64,000 nt of DNA from Octopus vulgaris (taxonomy: Eukaryota). Made by a program: the position numbers and the translations under genes. Below are positions 39,401 through 52,972 of the stretch, piece after piece (the first letter of the stretch is position 1; the number at the start of each line of letters is the position of its first letter). Under the pieces are notes generated by a model. That model was not told the origin of the DNA. It worked only from the letters and a program-made list of their open reading frames with translations, and did no database searches. The DNA is taken from positions 92,814,001 to 92,878,000 of the forward strand of contig OX597819.1 in NCBI GenBank assembly GCA_951406725.2. The letters run 5' to 3'.

Positions 39401-41053
39401 CTAGCAGTATCGCCCGGCGTTGCTCGGGTTTGTTCCGACCCGCTGGAATTGTAATTTTGAAAAGTAAAAATTCTGTGAACATCTTTCTGGTCGAAATACA
39501 CCGAAAAGTGGCGACACAGCAGTGAAAAAATCGTAAAAAATAGGGATTTTCATAGAAAAAAGCATCTTTTTGATGTAAATAATTTTTGGTGTTAACATGG
39601 TCCGATTTGAATTTTATGTTCTACGGAAGGAAGAGCAACCCTTCTTCTACCATACTCTCAATTTTGGTCAACTTGCGCCGCAGGGTCTCGGAGGAGATAG
39701 TGTTAGTTGAAGGTTACCATTCTAGGTGCCTGAGTAACAACCTCGCGGATTTACAGATAAATGAATTAATTACTATTTTACAGAATAAAATTAAATAATT
39801 CTTGAAAATTAATTAATATTAATATTTTTTGAACAAAGTAAATAATTTTTAAAACTTAAATAAAATTTTTTTACACAAACGCGAACGGGGAAAAGGGGGT
39901 GGCGAATTCGATTTACATACCTAAATTTTTTCTTTTTCATGACATTGTAGCAAAATAGTAGTGAATTATATAAATACCAGCAGTACATTTTTTTTTCTGG
40001 GGTATTTTTTTTCAACCTCGTCACATATTTGCCCCTTTCAATTTAAACAAAGTCTTAATTAAGCAATTACGGCAGCTTAGCAATGGTTTCAATACAGGCG
40101 TGAAATGTGTATCTCAATTGTTCAAAACCCTTCGAATTTTTTCGCACGTGATGATATCATAGTGAAAACTTTCAATTACGCGCGCTTAGAAGTACGCTCG
40201 CAAATTAATACTACCAAAATTTTGAAGTTCGCGCTCCGCTTGTGTGTGTGTGTGTGCGTGCTTTAGGTGTACGTAGGTATGTGTTTTTGTGTGTGTGTGT
40301 CACTGAAGCCATACATACATATATACATAACCTCTCTCTCTCTTTTCTCTCTCAGTCACTCACTACAAAAAGTGAATAAAAAAGTTCAGTTATTTCTGTC
40401 TTTCACTCTGTTTGTCTCTTTACACACACTAACAAAAGCACTTCACTTACACACCACACTTTCTGTGTCGCACAACCCATCAAACACACACACACACACA
40501 CTCACGCACGCACACATGTACATCAATGCTTTCGGAGTGAAATGTTAAAATATTGAGTTTTCTCGAATTTTGTCTTAATTGGGGGTGAAATTGAAAGAAA
40601 TATATTATGGCATGACCGAATGGAGTACTTTGAAAAAATCTTAGGTAAACTCTAATTGAAGAAATTGTGTGAGGAGTAAATCGTTATGTATTTATTTGTT
40701 TCTGTTTGCTGTGTTTTTTTATTTTTTGAGTAGTGGTTTAAATACTTTCAGTTTAGTCTTCCTCAAATCACTCTGTCGCTATTTACTTTCATTTTATTCG
40801 TTGCACACTGTGTGTGTGCGTGTGCGTGTGGTGTAAACCACATTAAGAAAAGCATTTGACATACACACCAGAATGTGAGTTTTCTGTAAATTTTGCTTAA
40901 TTGGAGTTTAAATTTTAAAAACTGGACCTGGCATGACCCGATGCATTCTACTCTTAAAAATGCTAGGTAAATTGTAATTGAAGAAATCCTATATTGTAGA
41001 TTTCTATAAGTTACAAAGGGAGGCAGATAAAATCTGCCTTTTATAATAAGAGA
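39401..41053 (-). mobile_element. Non-autonomous Helitron
   Basis: Minus strand A|TCTCTTATTATAAAAGGCAG ... CCCGAGCAACGCCGGG hairpin, then CGATACTGCTAG|T; no TSD. Confidence 0.85.
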
Positions 41054-41061
41054 TATGTATG

Positions 41062-41117
<56 letters not shown>

Positions 41118-41146
41118 TATAAATATATATATACATACATATACAT

Positions 41147-41191
<45 letters not shown>

Positions 41192-41192
<1 letters not shown>

Positions 41193-42202
41193 TAGCAGTA
41201 TCGCCCGGCGTTGCTCGGGTTTGTATATATAAGCATTTTTAGAGAGTTATAGCCAAAAAGTAGCAAAAAAATGCATTAAAAATTGAAAAAAAATTAAGGT
41301 AAATTTTTCTTTAAATCGTTGACACATCGTAGATATTTTTAGAGAGTTACTTCCTTATATAAAAGCGAAAAAAATGCATTAAAATGGAAAAATATGATGG
41401 TAATTTTTTTTTAAATCGTAGACTCATCGTAGACGCGCGCTAATACCCAGAAGGGCTCGTTTGTTATTCTGGGTAACTTTCTGTAAAATTATTAAAATTT
41501 TGTTCAAACATCGCTATAGAAAATGGGTTATTAGCTAATATTCAATTGGGTATACAACAACATTTTACGATAGAATTTGTTATTCTGGGTAACTTTCTGA
41601 TACCCATAATAATATTTATGGCAAAATAGGCCTTAATTTCATTTAAGATTGTGGGAAATAACAAACTATCCTTTCTTTCGGTTTGTTTACGTTTAGCGTA
41701 ATGATTTCAAATAGGCTCATTCGAAAAAGTAAATAGAAATAGTCTAAGGCTTTACTCTTCTGGGAAAGTCTGTGGCTTGGTCCAGTTTCTTCAGAAAACT
41801 CACCGAAAGAAACAGTTTTTAAATTTTCACTCCATTCAGGTACCAATTCGTTTTCTTTATCGCTGTCGGATTCACTGTTTTCACTTTAATAGCTGCAAAC
41901 TTGCAAAGACAAAGGTGGAGAAGGGTGATAGCGTCAGTGAAACAATTCGCTCCCTTTGTGTGTGTGTGCGTTTGCGTGTGCTGTAAACCAGACTAAGAAA
42001 AGCATTTGACACACACACCAGAATGTGAGTTTTCTGTAAATTTTGCTTAATTGGAGTTTAAATTTTAAAAACTGGACCTGGCATGACGCGATGCATTGTA
42101 CTCTTAAAATTGCCAGGTAAATTGTAATTGAAGAAATCCTATATTGTAGATTTGTATAACTCCCAAAGGGAGGCAGATAAAATCTGCCTTTTATAATAAG
42201 AG

Positions 42203-42203
<1 letters not shown>
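41192..42203 (-). mobile_element. Non-autonomous Helitron, same termini, different interior
   Basis: Same TC start and hairpin-CTAG end; about 250 bp of 5' sequence shared with the 39401 copy. Confidence 0.85.
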
Positions 42204-42280
<77 letters not shown>

Positions 42281-43086
42281 ATATATGTGTATGTATCCGA
42301 ATTGTATTTCCACACAGAGCAGGTATATATATTTCAAGTATATAAATATATTTCTGTATACTTACTTGACTGAAATACGCATGTCGTCATAATATATTAG
42401 AAATTAACAAAAATATTTAAAACCAGAGCTCGCCGTGGGAATGGACATTTATTTTCTCTAATTCTCTGGGCTGTCTGTTTCCTGTATCACGGCGAGTACT
42501 TGAACGAACTCTTATGAAAATGAGTATGTAAGTATGTATGTTTGTATGTACGTGCATATGTGTGTTTATGCGTATGAAATTTTAACCAGGAGAGATGGAA
42601 AATCGACAGACACAGACTGTCCATGGTAACAATGAAAGGGAAATACGGTCGTTATCTCTGAGCAGTCTACTTATAAGTAGTATCTGAGACGGCAGATTTG
42701 ATGCCTATCTCCTTTCCTGTTTCTCGTTTTACTGCTGATGCTGCTGTTGTTGTTGTTGTGGCTGTTGCTCTCACTGATCGAGTTTTTTTTCCTCTCCACA
42801 GAACACCTTAATTGTTTTAAGTATAACATGGAGAATGAACTATGTACGGACACGAGCACCCAAACGCGCCCATACTTACTGGGTAGGTTGCACATACGTA
42901 CGTATATACATACATACATAATACATACATATATACATACATATATACATACATACATATAGACATACATACACACACATACGTAAACATACTCATATAC
43001 ATATATACATATATATGATATTTATATAGCAAATCGCGAATATTTAAATAATACAGACACACTCAAACACACATACATACACAGAT

Positions 43087-43148
<62 letters not shown>

Positions 43149-43649
43149 ATATATATATGAATATACATGCATATGTACATACATGCATACATATTTACAT
43201 ATATGCTTGGATTAGTGGATAGGGGTACATGTGTGGCGATTGTTAGATCGTAAGTTTGATTTCCAGCGGTGCATTGTGTCCTTAAGCAAGAAACTTTATT
43301 TCAAGTTGACCCAGTCCACTCATCTGTCAAAAATGAGTTGTACCTGTAACTCATTCTGTGGCAAGCTGAATCTCCTTGAGTAGGCTGTTCTGTTGTTCAG
43401 ATCTCCACCCCACTCTCTCTCAATCTCCCTAGCTGTCTCGTACGTACACTCATACTTCTGTCACTCATACCTCTTGAAAATATTTAAGTCCTTTTTGTTA
43501 TGTAGCTAAGTTTACGGATATAATTTATTCATTGGCCTATTGGAATTATACATTAATTTTCAAATGATCTGCAGTTTTATGTATTTCTTATTCTCTCTCA
43601 TAACTTAGTTCGTCGGTTGAGTGTTGTATATAACGGTATATATCTCATA

Positions 43650-43881
43650 AGGTGGCGCGCTGGCCGAAACGTTAGCACGCAGGGCGAAATGCGTAGCCAT
43701 ATTTTGTCTGCCGCTACGTTCTGAGTTCAAATTCCGCCGAGGTCGACTTTGCCTTTCATCCTTTCGGGGTCGATAAATTAAGTACTATTTACGCACTGGG
43801 GTCGATGTAATCGACTTAATCCGTTTGTCTGTCTTTGTTTGTCCTCTCTGTGTTTAGCCTCTTGTGGGTAGGGAAGAAATA
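43650..43881 (+). mobile_element. Monomeric Meta-core SINE
   Basis: Family match; flanked by the direct repeat tatata.ctcata (likely TSD). Confidence 0.88.
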
Positions 43882-45254
43882 GATATATACCTCATAATAT
43901 TTCATCGTCGACATGTAAAAAATATTTGCTGTTATAAAACCTCGACTATATATATTTACACACGTGCGCGCTCGCATATCTGTGCGCGCGCGCGTGTGTG
44001 TATGTATCTATCTACATATTCTGAAAACTCAGCTTCATAAGAGTGATCGATGAATTTAATTGTTCGGAGCAGTGAGCATTCTGTTTATTTATTTATTTAT
44101 TGTCCTTGCCCTACCCCTGAAACACAGAGGAAGTATTATTGTTACTTCCGCAATGACACGTTCTATCTTTTCTTTCCATCACCATTTTTTTTTAGTTTCC
44201 TCCACTTCTTCGTTAGCCCCAATCATGAACGTTTGCCTCTCTTCCTCCCAAATTACTCCATTATTATTTATTCAACATGAACACTTACTTACAAAGTGTT
44301 GACATTTTCTGCTTCTTCCTCTCTCCCGGACGAAGTTGGAGACTCGAAACGTTATATATTTCATACAACATAATTTCATTTATGAAGCACTTCTATAAAC
44401 ACGCTTGTAGGTTATCTGTTACCGAGATAGACCATTACCGCTGTTTTCATATTTCAGATTTTACTCTTTCTACATTTAAAAATGTTCGATACAGAAAGGC
44501 GTAAGCACTGTTTGTATATTGAATGACTTTAATATGTCGTTACAAAAGAGGCTTATGTCTTTTTTATTGCTAAATCACATAAAAGACCGACAAAGTTCAA
44601 AATATATGTGACATTCATAAATACAATGATAACTTAGGAGGATATTTAAATACATTTTTATAACAAGCCATAAATATATGGAACTAGAAACGGCATAATC
44701 CCTTATTTTTATTTTTGTTTTATTAACTTAACTCAGTTTTGAAATCTGAACTGATATTTCAAACAACATAACAAAAAATGAAGCAAAAAGAAAGAACAAC
44801 ATGTAATTGCTTCCAGTATAACTTTGATGTCTATTTCTGAATGAATTCAAACTAATATCAGTTTACTATAATTAATTATATTTACCAAATTTGAATAGTT
44901 ATCGCTTCAAAAAAAAAAAAGAACTTTATTGTAATTTACATTGCGTTAGCAAAAGGTAGACAAAATATATAAATTAGATCTTTAAGTGCAAACGTACAAT
45001 ATTCCATGCTCATTAAAACCATCCTACGACCTAAATACTAATTGCCTGTAAATTAAAGGACAAATAATGACAACTTAGTGAATGTCAATATGTCGATATA
45101 TTTATAATTATCCATCCGCTGTTCTTTTCATGTTGTTTATTCTTAGCCGAATGTGATCGAGCAGAAATATATCAATTCAAATACATTCGAACTGTGGCTA
45201 TCCCAACTCTCTCTATCTGTATGCACACACATACACACACACACACACACACAT

Positions 45255-45294
<40 letters not shown>

Positions 45295-45544
45295 TAAGAG
45301 AGAGAGAGGAGGTAGAGAGAGAGAGAGAGATTTGATCTATTCCTTCAATCTGAATGCACCATTTAAAATACTGCTTGGATTTACCTGGGATTACACTTAA
45401 GGGCCTATACCTTCATGGAAGTACGGACCAACCTCCATACCCTCTGGAACGAGATGAACTGTGAGCTTTATTCTTCTATCTACTGTTTTATTTTTTTTTA
45501 TATACTGTGAATTCGCTGTCTGAAACTTTCTTGCACACGTTCCT

Positions 45545-45622
45545 TGTCTCTGATGATGGAATGCACAGTATCTGGAGATGTTGATCCGTCACCTGGGATA
45601 TCCCAGAAACAGGTGTAAGACA
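45545..45622 (+). ncRNA. Type I hammerhead motif in an orphan PLE 3' terminus (about 45336-45760)
   Basis: tgtct-CTGATGA-[tgg...cca]-GAAA-CAGGT-GTA-agaca; canonical core, GUA site; flanks similar to 25030-25320. Confidence 0.78.
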
Positions 45623-46872
45623 TTAATTGCTTCTACTTCTCCATTTTGTATTCACCTTACTCTAATTAAATATTCTAAATGACCCGAAATACTCGTCCTG
45701 CCTTGGTTTTGTTTTCCATTCCTTTCATATATGCCTGCTGATTCGGAAGCCTACTACATATCCCTAGCTCCAGCCTCAGCTGTGAGCTTGGAACCTAATG
45801 GATGATTAATTATAGCACTTACGTAGCGTACCTAATGGTTTAGATCATCAATGAACCAAACCCCTCAACAATTGAAATTTCTGATCAGAATTGCAAATAT
45901 TTAGGAAATGTAATGTGGGTGGGATTACAATCTGTCAATCGCGAGATTGGATTTCAGAATGAGGTGAATTGAAGAATATTTACATTCATTTCTATACTAA
46001 AGATGTCATTAAGAGTAGTATTCATGCTCATACAGGTTGGTACTGGCAAAAAAAAAAGCTTGTATACCGGCAAATATATGTAACCCTATCGAAAGCTACC
46101 GGCATTGCTCTAAAAGCCATTTAATGTGTTACAATGTTTAGTATATTTCGAGTAGTGGTTGATAAATTCTAGCAATACTTATTCATATATTTAATTCATC
46201 TTGATTAAAGTGCTCCGATTGATCATTACAGAACTAATAGAATATTAGCTTTAATTTATGGGGACCCAGCTAATTATATTTTAGGAAAAATAACTTAAAG
46301 AAAATTACAGATTAACGGGGGTTTCTGCAAAATTTCAGAGGAAAAGGAGGGAAAAGATCAGAAATAAGCTACCTTTAGTGATAGCCATAATCATACTGCC
46401 TGCAATCATTACCTATTAATATTTAAATATAAACGGTGTAGAATAAATGAAATAGAGGAGTTGGTTAACACATTGACTGGAAGGTGGGATTGGCGTAAAC
46501 AGTTAAATGTGCATACTTTATAATTCGCTATAATCCCATAGATTCTTTTAACATTTATTAACAGTTCTAGCGTTCATAATTCTTCATAATAATAAATATT
46601 TTTATATTTTCTTATACCTCCCCCCATAACGTGTAAATTATTATTGCAGTGATTTAACTATCTACTGAACCTACATCAGTAGATAGCAGTTAAAGCGATA
46701 ATGAGTGTTAGCGTACAAATAAATTTATAAATTTATAAGTTCATATTAGTTAAATATCAAAATTTGTAGAGGTCAGTTATTTAGTTGAAGCCATGAGTTG
46801 AAAGGTCGGAAATAAAAGAAAAGTAAATCAGAACCGACCATCCGTATAAAAAAACCGAAAAGATTGAGGATA

Positions 46873-47357
46873 TTCTTTTCTACTCTAGGCACAAGGCCCA
46901 AAATATTTGGGGAGGGGGCCAATCGATTAAATCGACCCAGTACTTAATCAAAAGATCGTGAATATTGACGTTTCTTATTTCTTTATTGCCCACGATGGGC
47001 AAAACATAGAGGGGACAAACAAGGACAGACAAACGGATTAAGTCGATTAAATCAGCCCCAGTGCGTAACTGGTAATTAATTTATCGACCTCGAAAGGATG
47101 AAATGCAAAGTCGACCTCGGCGGAATTTGAACCCAGAAAGTAGTGGCGGACGAAATACCACAAGACCCGAAATTTTAGGGGAGGGGGCTAATCAACTAGA
47201 TCGACACCAGTACGCAAACTGGTATTTAATTTATCGACCTCGAAAGGATGAAAGGCAAAATCGACCTCGGCGGAATTTGAGCTCAGAACGCAAAGGCAGA
47301 CGAAATACTGCTAAGCATTTCGCCCGGCGTGCTAACGTTTCTGCCAGCTCGCCGCTT
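46873..47357 (-). mobile_element. Multimeric Meta-core SINE
   Basis: Head at 47357 followed by two or more body repeats. Confidence 0.85.
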
Positions 47358-47899
47358 TATGATCATCACTCATTGCAAAAGAATAGTTTGTTGTTTTTGG
47401 TATGTTCTCGAGTCCGATAAAGGCGATTGGGCAATTTCTTGCTGAACAACTTGCGCCGATGATATGTATATATTGATCAAACCGATGTTGCCTGTACAGG
47501 TGCACCATATGCTACACATCAGATGTCAAAGTTATCACAGGACGTGAAATGAACATAACGTACCACTCGGCTTGGGAATAGCAACCACGATTTCGCATTC
47601 GTAAGTGCAACAGCTTAAACATTATGCCATGCAAACTCACAGCATAAGAACAGAGTTTAAAAAAAAACAAAAATACTCAGATAAAAATATTTCTCGTATT
47701 AATTCAAATAACATTGGAAACGAACGAATTCATCTGACAACCCAATATACGAACAACATGCATTTGTTTATATACAAGTCACTTGGCACTCAGAGTTATT
47801 CTCATTGGAATGTGTATATGTGTATACATACAAAGATATACATACGTGTGTTTGATTAAGTATATATGTATTTTATCTTTTACTTGTTTCAGTCATTAA

Positions 47900-47983
<84 letters not shown>

Positions 47984-49591
47984 TGAGTGAGCGTGCATGA
48001 TGCATCTAAGTATATTTATGTATGTATCAGCTTAAGAATATACTGATAAACTTTTGTGATAAAATATTTATTCGGAAACATTTTATGATAAATATAACGA
48101 AAAAATGTTTCCAAGGCCATATCAACACGTTTATTCATTCAAGGTAACATGACATATTTTCCAACCTATACAAAATCTGCTTATACAGTTTACCAAAAAC
48201 TACATATTTTGTTTCAAAACTACTCCCAAGTTGTCTTAACCTTTCAACGTTGTAAGTTAACAAAAAGTTTCAAACAATTTTCAGTACATTGAACACACTC
48301 TGTTGCGTTTAAGCATTGATTCCTCCCAAATATTTAATGACACAAATACATATCTCGTTCTATATTTTTATCCATTAGTCTTTTACAGAATTATATATAG
48401 AAGTAATCATTTGCATTGATATTAACCCTTAACTGTTTTAATATATTTCTCTCAGAAAGTAAGCAAACGCTGCACTATTCAGTGAACACGACTACATTCT
48501 ATTAAAACAACAGCTTAAGCATTCGGTATTTTACTTGTAATGAATACTTGTAAAACTGTTAAATTCTCACTGCAGGGGTGAAGAAAGCGTCTGAAATCTC
48601 TTGATATAGCTTTGAGGAAAATAGGATGTTCTCGAAAAAAGAAAACAAAGAAAAACTTTCTATTTTTGATATTTCATTATTTTTTTAAATCTTTTTCTTT
48701 TCTATGTGTTAATTTTTTTTTTCTGTCTATGATTGCTTCGCTAACTTTAGAATCATGGTGGCCTTCCACGAAATTTAATCTCAATTTGCTCAAATTCTAG
48801 ATGTCAAAACGCCACATTTCACTCACTCCGCACTCAACTAAATAAAAAAAAAACGTATTTCTTTTATTTCATCGTAATTTTATTTTTATCTATTTCTGAC
48901 CCTCAGTGACTTTCCTCCTCCTGTGCTACCCTGCACCACTCTATAGCAAAACACAACACGCTACGTCTTCCTTATATTACCTGAACAATTACTCATTCGC
49001 TTAAGTTATTTGACGATGTCTATTTACTGATTTACCGCCTTGTCTGTAGTAAACCGAGGAGATATTTCGTACTCGTTTATTCACTGCTCACTTAGAGAAT
49101 CGGATTCAGAATCCTTAAATAAGTGTCCGTCTAAAAATTGCAGCGGATTACGGCCATGCCGGGACATATTTTTCTGATTTTATCCAATTATATTGACCTC
49201 GGTACTTCAGTAGGATACTGATTCTAATTGAAACCACTTTGTCAAACGTTTAAGCTATAAGACATAAAAAGGCACAGCATGAGCAAAACTATTATGGGAG
49301 TAACGTAACATAAAAAGAGAAACATACCCCAGCACACATATACATATATGTTTGTATGTATGTATGTACATATGTGTACACACATACACACAGAAGTTGT
49401 AATAATGAAGTTGAAATAATATTGTGGGAAGTCCATCCGTTGCGGAAAATTTTCTCAGTTAAAATCTTTCAAAAAAATTTAGATGCAATTGATGGAAATA
49501 TTTGAATATATAATGGTTAGAACAGTAAGTCAGCTATAATGTTGGGAACGAGAAAGAAAAAAGGTGTGTGTGTGTGTGTGTGAGTATACAT

Positions 49592-50280
49592 AAGGCAGGT
49601 AACTGGCAGAATCGTTATCACGCAGGGCAAAATGTTTAGTGGCGTCTCGTCCGTGTTTAACTTCTGAGTTCAAATTCTGCCGAGGTAGATAAAATAAATG
49701 TCATTCGAGTTCTGGGGCGGCCGGTGTGTTCGACATACCTCCTTCCCCGTAATTCAGGCTTTGTGTCTATAGTTGAAAGAATTGTATGTAGTGTGACTGG
49801 CCCAATGCTTAATATAATATACGTAGTCCCTAATGCGGCGAGCAGAAACATTAGCACGCCGGGCGAAATGTTTAGCGGTATTTCGTCTGCCGTTACATTC
49901 TGAGTTCAAATTCCGCTGAGGTCGACTTTGCCTTTCATCCTTTCTAGGTCGATAAATTAAGTACCAGTTATGCACTGGGGTCGATGTAATCAACTTAGTC
50001 CGTTTATCTGTCCTTGTTTGTCCTCTCTGTGTTTAGCCCCTCGTGGGTAGTAAAGAAATAGGCATTTCGTCTGCCGTTATGTTCTGAGTTCAAATTCCGC
50101 CGAGGTCGACTTCACCTTTCATCCTTTTGGGGTCGATTAAATAAGTACCAGTTACGCACTGGGGTCGATATAATCGACCTAATCGTTTGTCTGTTCTTGT
50201 TTGTCCCCTCTGTGTGTAGCCCCTTGCTGGTAGTAAAGAAGTAAGAAACCTTTAGCACGCCGGGCGAAATGCTTAGCGGT
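49592..50280 (+). mobile_element. Cluster of Meta-core SINEs (old copy, dimeric copy, and a third head that resumes at about 50964)
   Basis: Repeated family matches at 49592, 49834, 50063 and 50247. Confidence 0.85.
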
Positions 50281-50324
50281 CTTTGGATTTATGGTTTTGT
50301 AGCGTATGGAGGTTTATGTAGGTA

Positions 50325-50847
50325 CTAGCAGCATAGCCCGGCATTGCCCGGGTATGTAAGAGCCCCTGGAGCAGACATGATACTCGCTGTGAATTAAAAA
50401 GAAATTCCTGCCAATTTGTGAAAGATATTGTCGAAAATATGTCATCTTGAATTTGAACGCGATTTCCCAGAATGGCATGATTTTATCGATTTTTTCTCAT
50501 GGTAAGGTATTGCATGGAAAACTAACGTCAGAATTAAGTTTCTTAGGGTAACATTAAGCTTCACCATGAGTTTGGTGAAAATCGATTGCAAGTTGCGAAA
50601 ACTACAACAGAAAATGCGTTGCAAATAAAAAGCTTAGATTCTCGACCCCATGTCGAATTTATCAATTTCTTTCAGAACTGGGGGAACTTTTCAAAATTTT
50701 CGCTGCGTTAGTTTTGAATTATAACATTGGGCTATGTGTGTGTCAAGTTTCATCAGAATTGGTTAAAAGCCGTGGTCAGAGTGAGGGTACAACCTGACAG
50801 ACACACAGACAGACAGACAGACAAACTGCCGTTTATATATAGAGAGA
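50325..50847 (-). mobile_element. Non-autonomous Helitron, second family
   Basis: Minus strand A|TCTCTCTATATATAAACGGCAG, internal (GTCT)n, CCCGGGCAATGCCGGG hairpin, then CTAG|T. Confidence 0.85.
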
Positions 50848-51479
50848 TTTATCTTTAAAATAAAAAAAACATCAAATTGATTTATAAAAATGGAGCTATT
50901 TCTATAGCCTTGTACGGTGATGTTTTCCTTTCCCATTTGCTTTGGCCCAGAAAATAGAAGAAAACGTTCTGAGTTCAAATTCCGCCAAGGTCAACTTTGC
51001 CTTTCATCCTTTCGGTGTCGATAAATTAAGTACCAACAACGTACAGAGGTCGATCCCCAAACATTTCGGGCCTTGAACCTAGAGTAGAAAAGATTATACG
51101 TAGTTATTAAGGCAGTGAGTCAAAATACATAACTGTATTTCTCCCGATTTTCATTCTGAGTTTAAATGTTTTCGGGATCGACTTTGCCTCTGAGCGGCGT
51201 CAATGTAATCGATTTATCCTCTCTCCCAAAATTGCTTACCTTCTGCCAAGATTTGAGACCAATATACGTAATCGTTATAACTAATGAAACATTCACCCCA
51301 CCATTCAAATAGGAAATCTAGTTCATGAGATATACGAAGGCCTGGAACTAAGCATTTCATCTCACCAGTTGTTTTATTTCAGTAGTTAATCTCAAGGTAT
51401 CGAATATTAACAATAAAGCTAGTTCGAAAGATTCTTTACTAACGGTGAATAAGCCAAAACACGTATCATAACCACAGCT

Positions 51480-52972
51480 GGAAAAATATCTATAGTGAAT
51501 ATAGATTTTATTAACTAGTCTATCCGAAAAAAATAGCTATAAGAGATAAAGAAATGTGTGACATCTTGTGTCAATTAACTAATTAAACAAAGAATAGACT
51601 CTTAATGAAGCAACAGATGTTCTCCTATTGTTCGTTGGGAGAAATAACAGTGATCTTTAAGTGATGGAAAATCTAGTTTGCGTACATGGCAGAGCTACTA
51701 GATTTAACATTTTCAAAATAAGTTGTAATAATACTGACTATCCACAATCTGGTTGGGAAACGTCTAAATTGTGTTATATCTCATGGTGGAAAACATGTGG
51801 GGTAGGAGAAAAGGGTTGTTGGAGAAATCTATACAGCTTGCATTAGAATGTTATATATAAAATCTAAAAACTGGTGTCACTAACAAATATCTCAGCAGCC
51901 ACATTTTGGAAAATATTTTGATCTTTTATGTCTGATACCAGTCGTAGTAACAGTGATAACTATCTGATCGAATGCATTTAAGTATCGTCGATTTCAAACA
52001 TTTTCGGAGCTGTAAGTTGACTTAGGAGTGCTAAAGTTATCTCACAATTTGTTGGAATTCTGATGCTCATAAACAGCTTTTTCAGTAAGAAAAGTTGATC
52101 TCTGTAGTTAATTGTAAACAGTGAATGGTTGATAAGATTAATTGATAAAATTAATACTCACGACTGATTAATGAAGCATCATGAGGAATTCGATTATACG
52201 GCACAAGGCAATTCGAAGCTTACAACCGACATAAATTCCGAAATGAAAGCTTTTCGAAATAAATTAACCATTTTTTGTAATTCCCAACTTGTAATAAATA
52301 ACTTCAACTATTTTCTCCCGCTGCGAAAGATGCAACCAACAAGCAAATTCCGTATTTCCTTTTAAATTCGTTCAATTCAAATTCTCGCTAGTGTGAAGTC
52401 ACAGTTCAAGCAGCATCTTTCACATATCGATGAAAACACGAAAACATTCATCATCTTTCCAAATCGATTTGACTACATTATAGAGAAACTTCCGTCAGAT
52501 CTTCACCTGAAAGTCATTGACCTGCAGTCAAATAACCTTTTAAATGACAAGAACAAAACAGAAAATTTGTTTGACTTTTAAAGATTGCGCTTTTTAAATA
52601 TATTTTGCTTGTGTATGATTTTCAGCATATACAAGGTATTTATGTGAAAAAAGCATGTTCAAAAGGAAGTACATCGTAACAGTTTACAGGTCAATGTTAC
52701 CTGCTCGCCAGTCATAGTCAAATTTGGTTACAGGTATTACAAATTCAGGTCACACTTTAACAAAATTTCCCCAATAAAAAAAAAGAATGCTTTGGTTTTA
52801 TGGTTTTGTAGCGTATGAAAGTTTATGTATAATAAAAACATCAAATTAATTTATAAAAATGGGGCTATTTTTATAGCCTTGTACGGTGATGGTTTCCTTT
52901 CCTGTTTGCTTTGGCTCAGAAAACAGAAGAATTTTAATTCTCGCCCAACTCCAATAAATCTGTTGGTACCTG
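51480..52972 (+). mobile_element. Decayed hAT transposon (SPIN/GTF2IRD2-like transposase C-terminal half)
   Basis: MKAFRNKLTIF..NNFNYF; IFPNRFD..IEKLPSDLHLKVIDLQSN..L; CEK-like dimerisation-domain remnant at about 52645; boundaries approximate. Confidence 0.7.

Noticed and set aside
42616-42632. Partial RFX/X-box-like CCATGGTAAC
   Set aside because: Half-site match only, with no supporting promoter evidence
44320-44356. CGGACGA..GAAACGTT hammerhead-like string
   Set aside because: Core and stems I/II too decayed; probably a relic but unsupported
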